A stretch of 52,502 bases of DNA, filler included, from Stramenopiles sp. TOSAG23-2 (Eukaryota), in NCBI GenBank assembly GCA_900128395.1. It is 3 parts of 3 records of this genome, joined end to end, with 100 filler letters (N's around TTAATTAATTAA, not from the genome) between each part and the next. Parts side by side here need not be neighbours in the genome. Positions count along the whole stretch, not along the records: positions 35,078 to 52,502 come from LT649645.1; 2 more parts are not named here. The stretch is one strand, 5' to 3'. The notes beneath the pieces are model-generated. The model did no database searches and was not told the origin of the DNA. It saw only the letters and a list, made by a program, of their open reading frames with translations. Made by a program: the position numbers and the translations under genes. The stretch's first letter is position 1. The number at the start of each line of letters is the position of its first letter. Below are positions 35,279 through 44,764 of this stretch, one piece after another.

Positions 35279-38215
35279 ATGAAATATGTTACGACGCAAG
35301 ATGAGATAAAGCAGAAGAAACAATATGGCATGATATTAAATACTGATTCAAATAATAATAATGGTTTTCAACATTTCGTCATGTCAAACCAATTCCCTAC
35401 ATATATAAAAGATGCAATTCATATTATTGAACATGTAAATCAAATAAAAGAATATCATTTGCGTATTGTCAATATTGAGCATATCAAGTTATACTCTGGA
35501 GTTCAAAATGAAATTGGAAAAGATGGCCTTTTGATCTATATGAATCAAATACTTGATTGTTTTTCAAATTCTACATTTTTCACTGAAACTACACGTAATA
35601 ACTTATTAAATAGTCTCATGTCAGAGTTATTTCAAACCACAGATAACGTTACTAATTTGATCCAAATCATCAATATAATAAAGTCAGGATTTATTATTTT
35701 TTTCGTTGGTGAAAAAGGAAATACGAGTGGAAAAATTATCCCTCGTGCATTGGCATTGGAAAATTTAGATTCAAAAATTGAATATACAGATGCAGGTGGA
35801 GTAACTGTTTCATTACCATTATCACAAAGGGACATCATGGTGAAAGAAGGGAAATATTGTCGTGTTTTTCTCGATGCTAAAGGAAGAAATAAATTAATTT
35901 CTACATGTAATCGGTTTGTTCGACGACAAACGGACTTAAGTGATGATGAATTACATGAATTATGGAAATTACCAATTAGTTTATTATTATCTAATGATGA
36001 TACAGTGATAAAATATACATATTTAGATTGTCGTATCAATGCTGGTATATATCAAAATATCGCACATTTACATCTGAAAGTTGCTGTTGAAAATAATTGT
36101 ATGTCACAATGGCAACATTTAATTACACAATTAAAAAATAGCCGCAAAGAGCGTAAAGGCGTAACATCAACAAATAGCAAAAGTAATGAAAGAAACGACG
36201 CAAATAATAATAAGAAAACTGGTAGCAGTAATAGTAATAATGGAAGCGGGTATAAAGTTTTAGCTCTAATTAGTGGTGGAAAAGATAGTACATATAATAT
36301 GCAAAAATGCGTTCAATATGGTCATGAAATTGTTGCCTTGGCAAATTTATATCCAAAACCGATTAAAGATCAACTAGATGCAGATAGTTTTTGTTTTCAA
36401 AGTGTTGGTCATAATGTGATACCATTGATTGGGGAATGTATGGGATTACCGTTAATTAGGCGTGAGACCAGCATGAAAGCAAAAGTGAAAACGATGTTAT
36501 ACGACAAAACGGAAGGAGACGAAGTGGAAGATTTATTTGAATTAATTAAATTAGCAAAGGAAAAACATCCTGAAATTAACGCAGTTGCCTCTGGTGCCAT
36601 CTTCTCCGATTATCAGCGAATACGTGTGGAAAATGTCTGTACTCGACTTGGTTTGATATCATTAAGTTATTTGTGGCGTCGAGATCAAACAGAATTATTA
36701 GAAGAAATGCGTTTAGCCAATATAAATGCAATCATTATTAAAATTGCTTCATTAGGTTTAACATCGAAAAGGCATTTAGGTAAAAATGTAACAACGTTGA
36801 CTACTAATTTAGGTGGAATGAAAGATAAATTTGGTTTAAATGTATGTGGGGAAGGTGGTGAATACGAAACGTTAACATTAGATTGCAATCTATATAAAAA
36901 ACGTATAATCATTGATGAAGCACATGTAGAGACAATACAAGATGATGGCATTACAGAAGTAGCTTTGTATATTGTTGACAATTGCCATTGTGAAATAAAA
37001 GATGATGAAACAAACGGTATGAATAATAATGAAGTGGTTACAAAAGATACCATTAAACTGGTTGCTTCACCACCACCACATAAAGTAATTGGTAAACATA
37101 TACATTTATCAAGTATTTGTGTAGAAAATTGTAAAACATTGGCATCTGAAACTACTGCTGTGATGCAAGAAATGAAAAACCGACTTAAAAATTTAGGTGC
37201 TAGCGTCAAAGATGTCTTATTCGTTCATTTATTTGTTGACGACATGTCAAATTTTACACCAGTTAATAATGTGTATAAAACATTTTTCGGTACAAATCCG
37301 CCATCACGAGCATGTGTACAAGCATATTTGCCACAAAATTGTAAAGTTATGGTAGATTGTTTTGCTCATATTGGCTCTGGTGATGCAATTAATGATAATC
37401 GTATAAGTTTGCCACGCCAAGTATTACATGTTCAAAGTATTTCAGAATGGGCACCAACTTGTATTGGTCCATATAGTCAATCGAACATATTCTCTGGTTT
37501 AATCTACCAGGCTGGACAGATCGCATTGGTGCCAGGTACGATGAAATTGATACAAGGTGGCTTGATAATGGAATTGAAACAAGCATTTGATAATGTTGCT
37601 GCCGTTTATGATGCTCTGAAAAGTAAATTGGAACATACATATTCCTGTATTGTTTATATAAGTAAACGATATGATTTCATTGAATGTCGACAATTTATTG
37701 TAAATGAATCTAACCGAAGATTACCATCATCATGTAAAATGATTGATATTGTTGGCATACCTGAATTACCACGTAGTGCTGCAGTCGAGATTGAGGTATG
37801 TGGTGTAACAAATGAATTTCGAAAGATTATAAAGAATTGGGATACCATTGAAAAAAATGGCAATATCCAATGTAATGCTATTTACATACCAACAGGTTTT
37901 TTGTCATGTAGCATAAAATCCGAATTGGAACACTTTAATGAAGATGATATACTTAAAATGATTTTAAATGTCTTGGATAAATCAAAATTAACAGCTAATG
38001 AATTATTTCACATACGTATATTTTACCCAGCAAACAATGTTCATTTCGATTTAAACCGTGTCAAAGATTTTGTAGTAAATTCTATCCCAGGTAATAGTTC
38101 TATATCATATATTGGGTGCAATGTTGGTAATGAAGTAATATTTAGAATCGAGGGAAGGGATTTAAAAGCATTTCATGCACAAGTATGGTTAAAAGATTGG
38201 CCATATGAAGATTAA
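35279..38215 (+). CDS. DPH6: Diphthine--ammonia ligase (Dph6) with two RidA/YjgF domains and an extra N-terminal region containing a HIT-like domain
   Basis: KVLALISGGKDS, FQSVGH, GDEVEDL, GAIFSDYQRIRVENVC and CGEGGEYETLTLDC; RidA-like NPPSRACV, LHVQSISEWAPTCIGPYSQ and LPRSAAVEIE. Start could be 35216 or 35279. Confidence 0.93.
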   Translation: MKYVTTQDEIKQKKQYGMILNTDSNNNNGFQHFVMSNQFPTYIKDAIHIIEHVNQIKEYHLRIVNIEHIKLYSGVQNEIGKDGLLIYMNQILDCFSNSTFFTETTRNNLLNSLMSELFQTTDNVTNLIQIINIIKSGFIIFFVGEKGNTSGKIIPRALALENLDSKIEYTDAGGVTVSLPLSQRDIMVKEGKYCRVFLDAKGRNKLISTCNRFVRRQTDLSDDELHELWKLPISLLLSNDDTVIKYTYLDCRINAGIYQNIAHLHLKVAVENNCMSQWQHLITQLKNSRKERKGVTSTNSKSNERNDANNNKKTGSSNSNNGSGYKVLALISGGKDSTYNMQKCVQYGHEIVALANLYPKPIKDQLDADSFCFQSVGHNVIPLIGECMGLPLIRRETSMKAKVKTMLYDKTEGDEVEDLFELIKLAKEKHPEINAVASGAIFSDYQRIRVENVCTRLGLISLSYLWRRDQTELLEEMRLANINAIIIKIASLGLTSKRHLGKNVTTLTTNLGGMKDKFGLNVCGEGGEYETLTLDCNLYKKRIIIDEAHVETIQDDGITEVALYIVDNCHCEIKDDETNGMNNNEVVTKDTIKLVASPPPHKVIGKHIHLSSICVENCKTLASETTAVMQEMKNRLKNLGASVKDVLFVHLFVDDMSNFTPVNNVYKTFFGTNPPSRACVQAYLPQNCKVMVDCFAHIGSGDAINDNRISLPRQVLHVQSISEWAPTCIGPYSQSNIFSGLIYQAGQIALVPGTMKLIQGGLIMELKQAFDNVAAVYDALKSKLEHTYSCIVYISKRYDFIECRQFIVNESNRRLPSSCKMIDIVGIPELPRSAAVEIEVCGVTNEFRKIIKNWDTIEKNGNIQCNAIYIPTGFLSCSIKSELEHFNEDDILKMILNVLDKSKLTANELFHIRIFYPANNVHFDLNRVKDFVVNSIPGNSSISYIGCNVGNEVIFRIEGRDLKAFHAQVWLKDWPYED

Positions 38216-38254
38216 AAAAAAGAAAAACTTATATATCAATGTTATATATATATA

Positions 38255-38290
<36 letters not shown>

Positions 38291-38730
38291 TGAACGATTT
38301 AATACTGATGTTTCTGACAGTATGATACTTTTTTTGTAAAATTCGGTTTTTATTATAATAAATGTGATGAGATAAATATCAAAAATATTGAGATAAAAAT
38401 ATAAAAATTTGTCCACATATAAAAAAATATTGAGCATATAATATTAGCACATTACTTAGCACGGGAAGTAAAATTATTACGAAGTATTAATATTAACTTA
38501 CTGTAGATTTTTAACCACACCATTTTAATATTATACCCCGTGTATAATATAAAAAAATAAAAAAAAAATAAGTAAAAAATACGCTACACAATCTATGATA
38601 CATCTCGTGAATAAAAAATAACACAAAAATATATAATATATATAATATATTAAAATTACTCACACACACACACCAGATACGTATATTATACGAATAAAGA
38701 AATTCACTTTGTCCCCTGTTTATGTTATTA

Positions 38731-39345
38731 CTAATTTGTTCGCGGCCGCTTTTCAAATGCAGCCTCAATTTCCTCATTATCTGGTGCTTTTCTTTTCTTT
38801 GAATTTGTATTATTATTACTATTGTTGTTAGAACCACCAGTTGTTGTTTTTGTATTATTCATCATCATATTATTATTTTTATTATATTTACTATCATTTG
38901 TTTCAGGATCATCAACGGTAACAATATAATTATCATGTAAAGGAACGGATGCTATTGATGCACGTTTCGGTAAGTATACGCCCCAAGTTGATGATGGACG
39001 CGGTATTTCGCGGCTGTTGACTCGATCCGCTGCAATTTTTTTTGTCGTATAAATGCTTGAACGTGCATTTTTGTTTATCACCGCAGTTTTTCCACTTCTG
39101 ATTGCAAGTGAAACATCTGATGGGCGTACTTCTGTTACTAAACGTCCTGCATGTACTGCTAATTTTTGTGCACGATCGAGAACATCTGCTGTATGTTCAT
39201 ATGCATATGCTAAAAGTTGCGGCATAACTGCAGGGTCATATTCCACATTCATAGAGTCTAAGATATTTTTTATCACATTTAAATCTTTATTCCTACTTTC
39301 TAAGGATTCTCTATCTTTCCTAGCTTTCATTTTACTATTTGACAT
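38731..39345 (-). CDS. TAF9: TFIID subunit 9-like histone-fold protein
   Basis: KDLNVIKNILDSMNVEYDPAVMPQLLAYAYEHTADVLDRAQKLAVHAGR...DVSLAI, followed by VNSREIP and GVYLP; ATG at 39345. Confidence 0.82.
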   Translation of the reverse strand: MSNSKMKARKDRESLESRNKDLNVIKNILDSMNVEYDPAVMPQLLAYAYEHTADVLDRAQKLAVHAGRLVTEVRPSDVSLAIRSGKTAVINKNARSSIYTTKKIAADRVNSREIPRPSSTWGVYLPKRASIASVPLHDNYIVTVDDPETNDSKYNKNNNMMMNNTKTTTGGSNNNSNNNTNSKKRKAPDNEEIEAAFEKRPRTN

Positions 39346-40024
39346 GGTTTTTTTTTTTGTTAATATATATATATATATATATATATAAACTTCGATAAAA
39401 TTGGATGGACGGGAGAAAAACAAAAAAACAACGGGATGGGTAGGAAGGTAATATTTACTTAATCTGAAGGTATATGCTACTTTATATATACAGTATATAT
39501 TTTTCAAAAGCAACAAAAGCAGCAATTCATTCCTTCGGATATAAATTTATTTATTTTTTTTTTGTCAAAATGTAGTAATAAAATTCATTTTTTATTATGT
39601 TGTTCGAAAAAAAAGAAGTGTGTTTGTGTTTTTTTTGCAACAAACCAGCATTATTATACCATGAGTATAGCATGTCCCTGATGGAACCTTAAAACTGCCC
39701 AAAAAACCCAAATAATAATCTAAAATCTAATAAAAAATCATCTAAAAAAAAACCAAAAAATAATAAGAAGATGTTTTCACCTATATGTATGCCAAATTGG
39801 AAATTGGAATATCATTATAGTAACATAATACGCAGCTATAGTAGCTACAAAAATGTGAACATACCTGGTTTATTTATCATCTACTCAAGAAACCATTACG
39901 AGCAAATCCATTAAGCTTAATCGGAGCGTAGCGTATTTAATAAACCATCGTCTAATAATACTACAACAACAACCAAATTATAATAAGCATATCTATATAC
40001 ATATCTGCAGAACAAATTCATAAC

Positions 40025-40732
40025 ATGACTTCCGTGGTAGAAGATGCAGATTTTACATTGATTTATTTTCCATTATTGGCAAAGGGATTTGGTCCAGCAC
40101 TTGTTGCTGAATTTTCTGGGCTCAAGTGGAATGGACCAAAAACTATAGGTTGGTCGTCTAGGAATGATTGGAAAACCATGAAACCAACAACAACATTTGG
40201 ACAACTTCCATTACTGAAAACCAAGGATGGTTTACAGATTAACCAGACTACTGCAATTGTCAATTGGATAGCTAAAAAAGCTGGTACAAAATTATCAGGT
40301 GAAAATGAGAAAGACTGGATAATGTCACAGATGCTAGTTGCTGAAGGTGAAGATTTGTATGCTAAAATGCAACAACATCAACCAACTATGTATGTTGAAT
40401 TAGGCCGCACAGACCGATTTAAAGGAAATTTAGATCAACATCGTACATGGTGGAATGAATGGTTGCCAAATCATCTTCAATTTCTTGAAAAAATGTTGAC
40501 TGATGACAATGTTAATTTCACAAGTACTGGTTTTACTGTTGGAGAAATCATGTTATTTGCTTATATGTATCAAATGGACTTGGTTAAACCAATTGATATG
40601 TTTGCAAATACTCCAAAATTAAAAAAATGGTATGATGGTATGGCAAGTCATAAATCTGTTCAAAATGTTGTATCTGGTAATTCAAATTATGGAGAATTGA
40701 AACAATATTTTATTACACCAAAGACTGATTGA
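40025..40732 (+). CDS. Glutathione S-transferase (Tyr-type, sigma-like)
   Basis: TLIYFPLLAKG, TTFGQLPLL, INQTTAIVNWIA, FTVGEI and PKLKKWY. Confidence 0.9.
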   Translation: MTSVVEDADFTLIYFPLLAKGFGPALVAEFSGLKWNGPKTIGWSSRNDWKTMKPTTTFGQLPLLKTKDGLQINQTTAIVNWIAKKAGTKLSGENEKDWIMSQMLVAEGEDLYAKMQQHQPTMYVELGRTDRFKGNLDQHRTWWNEWLPNHLQFLEKMLTDDNVNFTSTGFTVGEIMLFAYMYQMDLVKPIDMFANTPKLKKWYDGMASHKSVQNVVSGNSNYGELKQYFITPKTD

Positions 40733-41048
40733 CAAGCAATTATCAAATTTATAAAATATATTTTTTTAATAAAATTACGTCGGTGAAATATATGTATGTA
40801 ATACCACCACACTGGTGGTAATGTCAAGATTTTAAATTTAATATCGTCATTATATGTTAATATTTTAATTAATTTGACTTTATATAAAGTGATATTTCAG
40901 AATATACGTTCGTAATAATTTTTACGACGTACGTACGAGCGTATTTAATATATATACACAATTAATTTAATCACACACACAAACACTTTTCAAAAAAGTA
41001 CTCGTACCACACACACACACACACACACACGGTAACACTTTTTCTCTT

Positions 41049-42059
41049 TTAAATCTTTGCTCTCTTTCCCATTAACAAATTGCGCATTGAAAAACTTTCA
41101 TAAGTTTGTACTTCTGACCAATACATATTAGCTGACAATGATTTATATTTCGTAAAAGACGGTGTGAAATGATATAACATTGTGTAGCGTGGATCGGAGC
41201 TTAAATTATCTGTGGAACCATGAATTATATTTGCATCGAAGAATAATACATCCCCTTTTTTCATAAATATTTTTTCTTTATGTGATTTTACAGGATGTTT
41301 CAATATTTCAACGTATCCAAGTTGCGCATATGGTCGTTGATCTTTCGATACACTATGTACATGGTCTGTATGCGAACCAGAAACTACACTAAGACAACCA
41401 TTTTCCTCCGTTGCATCAGTCAATGCTATCCATACACCTATTTGACGTTGATCCATCAAGAAATAAAATGTATCTTGATGACTTGGTTGACCAATCGATC
41501 CAATTAATGCTTTACCTCCACTATTTTTCCTCGCTCCATTTTTAAATATAAATTGTGATAAGAAGCACGTAATTGCTGGATCACCAAATAGATCTGTTAA
41601 AACATTTAACAATTTTAAATTCCGAGACCATGGTTCAAAAACAGGTTTTATATCAAATTCATCAGCTATGCCAGTATCACGAGGACCATGTAACCTAAAT
41701 ATTTTAGAGACTCTTTCATATGGTTCTAAATTTTTTTCATTTAACCTATCTTGTGACATAGTCACTTGCCATCTTGTCTCTGGCTCATGTCCTTGATCAC
41801 GACTTTCCATTTCTTTTTTTGACAATAATTTTGCTCGTTCTAACATTTCATTGCATATTTCTTCATCAACAAAATTATTCAATACAATATAGCCTTTTTC
41901 ACGAAAATGCAATCTTTGTTCCTTCGTGGTTTCACCAGTCAAATCCTTTGAATCTAATAATGGTTCATTATATTCCCTTGGTGACGTTGTTGCAAAATCT
42001 TCAGTTGGCAACGAAAATTTTTTCGGTATAGTATTGTTTGGTGTATTTTTATCTGCCAT
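41049..42059 (-). CDS. PhyH-family (phytanoyl-CoA dioxygenase-like) Fe(II)/2-oxoglutarate dioxygenase
   Basis: FREKGYIVL, SHQDTFY (HxD), VWIALTDATEENGCLSVVSGSH, GDVLFF, IIHGSTDN..PR; C-terminal AKI. Confidence 0.92.
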   Translation of the reverse strand: MADKNTPNNTIPKKFSLPTEDFATTSPREYNEPLLDSKDLTGETTKEQRLHFREKGYIVLNNFVDEEICNEMLERAKLLSKKEMESRDQGHEPETRWQVTMSQDRLNEKNLEPYERVSKIFRLHGPRDTGIADEFDIKPVFEPWSRNLKLLNVLTDLFGDPAITCFLSQFIFKNGARKNSGGKALIGSIGQPSHQDTFYFLMDQRQIGVWIALTDATEENGCLSVVSGSHTDHVHSVSKDQRPYAQLGYVEILKHPVKSHKEKIFMKKGDVLFFDANIIHGSTDNLSSDPRYTMLYHFTPSFTKYKSLSANMYWSEVQTYESFSMRNLLMGKRAKI

Positions 42060-42552
42060 CGTTGTTCACAAATTTTATCAACCGCAGCAATCTGTTGATA
42101 ATATATATATATATATACACCAGTGTAACTTCCATTTTTCTATTTTACATAATATAATACTTGATATAGATTATAGATTATACACAATGGGTGCATTCTG
42201 GCATTCTTATTCTGTGGCATCTTTAATCTGGCATTGGACGGACCAAACCGACGGGTTGAATGCGGAGATTTAAGGATGTATGTTAATGTGGGAAAAGAAT
42301 TGTAGTACTACTGTATGTATAGCACTATATATAATATTCTAATTTTTCCTTTCAACTTTAACTGTACTATAGCTGGCTAGCTGGGCTAGTACCAAGTTAA
42401 AGTAACACTGGTAAATTATGTGTCATTTTTGATGATATTTATAAATGAAATGAAGGTACCTGGTACAGTAAATACCGATGAGATGAGTGTGAGTTATTAT
42501 ATTTTTTTGAAAAATCTACATATAGTTGTCTATAGATACAAAAAAAATTAAT

Positions 42553-44244
42553 TTATACCACAACATGTTGACAACATTCATTAAAACCACTTTTTATTGA
42601 CTTACACATACATGAGCCATTATCTAAACGATCTTTACCACCACAACCTCCTCCACATGGTTGTGCAATTTTAGATCCACGTTTATCAACTGTTCCAGAC
42701 CATAAATTTGCCTCTATTGTAAGGCATCCTTTTGTTGTATTTAACTCTATTGAATTTTCTATATTAAGTTCCCCACCATCACTTGTATCAAGGTATACAT
42801 CCCCTTCTCCTGGAACACCAGATACTCCAGTTGTAACGATTCCACCGCCACATGGAGCAGCACTATTGCGTACATTCACTTCAAATGCTTCACCAATGAA
42901 ACTTATATTTTCCCAGAAAAACATTGCACCGCCGTAAATTCCACTGCGACTGCCATCAATATCGATAGTAGCATTTCCATTTACTATTAAATATTGTTTT
43001 GGATACCCACCTGCTATTGCACCACCAAGTGCCTTGCTAGTCATATTTTTAGCGATGATACTTGCTCTATCATCCATTATAATAGTACTTGCGATACATG
43101 CACCTTGACTATCAGCATAACTATTTTCACAAGATACTTTACTATCATCAAGCATGGTCAATGTCGTGCACTCAATAGCACCACCATCTCCTCCCCAACT
43201 ATTATTAACAATAACATTGGCATGGTCATTCATAGTAAATTCAAGTGTTGTTATTGCAGCAGCGCCACCACGTGCTATGATATTACGTCCGACAATTTTT
43301 GAATTTCCTGACATGTTGAGCGAATTCAATGATAAAATACCACCAGCATCACTTGTATTCATATTTTCAGCAATAATTGTTCCAAAAAATGTACCTGCAT
43401 GATCTACACCCACAACAAGACCTGAGGATCCTGAAATACCTTTTCCATTACGAGCTCGAATAATTGCGTTTGGACCAACATTCAAAAATTTTCCAGCAGC
43501 AATACATCCACCAGCATCACCAGCAGTATAATTCGTACACTCTACGATACCATTAATTACCGTTCCATCATCACCACCTTGAATGGCAGCACCACGTATC
43601 GTTTGCATGCCAGATCCAATCACTTTGCCATTAGTTGAAACGTAAATACCGCTTGAGCTTAACAAACCATTAAGGCCGGAAATTTGTGGATATTTCAAAC
43701 TAGCCTTTATGATGCCATCAACTTGGATAAATTTGCCAGTCCAAAATATACCTGGGTTGATTATTACTGTATCATCACCAGGTGGAGTTGTCTCAATAGT
43801 AACGACGGCATTTTCTTTGATAGTAAGGTTAGTATAGGAGCAAAGAACGCCTCCATGTCCTTCACCATCATCACAACAATCAAATTTTCTATTTTTGTGA
43901 CCAACTACAAAACGTATATTACCACTAATTATAACTTCGCCTTGCGCTAAGAGGACACAGTCATTGGCTGGTACTAAAATTGTTGCTGCTTCCTCATTTT
44001 TTGATGGTCCAACAATTGAACATGAATCTGTAATCGACTTTGGTTGATCCGGTTGCCTCCCAGAAAGGTCTAATTTATCTGTCAACGCAAGCGTTGATCC
44101 AGGAGCAAGTGTTTGATTGCAAGTAAGACGTATTTGTGTAGATGGTGGTGTTGCTGTAATAATTTTCGCTTCATTGAAATGATACAAGTTGTTACATAAT
44201 ATGAAGAACAACAAAATTATTGATTTCATTCCAAAATTATTCAT
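42553..44244 (-). CDS. Secreted beta-helix (Pmp/pectin-lyase-like repeat) protein
   Basis: Signal peptide; repeated GG(A/C/I)(I/L/M) motifs about every 24-27 aa; Cys-rich C-terminus; no TM segment. Confidence 0.7.
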   Translation of the reverse strand: MNNFGMKSIILLFFILCNNLYHFNEAKIITATPPSTQIRLTCNQTLAPGSTLALTDKLDLSGRQPDQPKSITDSCSIVGPSKNEEAATILVPANDCVLLAQGEVIISGNIRFVVGHKNRKFDCCDDGEGHGGVLCSYTNLTIKENAVVTIETTPPGDDTVIINPGIFWTGKFIQVDGIIKASLKYPQISGLNGLLSSSGIYVSTNGKVIGSGMQTIRGAAIQGGDDGTVINGIVECTNYTAGDAGGCIAAGKFLNVGPNAIIRARNGKGISGSSGLVVGVDHAGTFFGTIIAENMNTSDAGGILSLNSLNMSGNSKIVGRNIIARGGAAAITTLEFTMNDHANVIVNNSWGGDGGAIECTTLTMLDDSKVSCENSYADSQGACIASTIIMDDRASIIAKNMTSKALGGAIAGGYPKQYLIVNGNATIDIDGSRSGIYGGAMFFWENISFIGEAFEVNVRNSAAPCGGGIVTTGVSGVPGEGDVYLDTSDGGELNIENSIELNTTKGCLTIEANLWSGTVDKRGSKIAQPCGGGCGGKDRLDNGSCMCKSIKSGFNECCQHVVV

Positions 44245-44764
44245 GTTTTTATGTAAGTATATGATTTATGCGCGTTTGACTAGCAATAATATAGTTTACT
44301 TAATGTTCTTATTGGCACTTCATATATAGTGTGTGCTTGTTCTGTTTCATTGGACTATATATATCTAATAGCTTTTATTTCTATTTTCAATATATATAAA
44401 TACGGTTTATGCTGAAATAATTATTATTAATTACTTTTTATAAATTAAGGTGTATTATAACACGACGACGGACGGCGTTACAGGTAGCGTGGGAATACCT
44501 GGAATACCAGAATAATACACCGGATAAAGCTCTTTTTATTTTAATTTATAATATGTAAGAAATGTCTTCTTCTCACCACTTGACAAGACAAAATTTCAAT
44601 CTTCATGTGTGTTTCATTTTGTAATTTGTTAGGTATCTTCTATTGCAAATAGTGCGAAAGAAAAAAACAATTGTGCAATATCTACGCAAACATTTTTCCA
44701 AAATATAAAGGTATTTCCAACACAGCATTTGGCATGTCGTGCTTTGGAAATCTTGACAAAATAA

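Noticed and set aside
40025-44244. GST, PhyH and secreted protein as a metabolic gene cluster
   Set aside because: No pathway link or shared regulatory signal; adjacency is expected in a compact genome.
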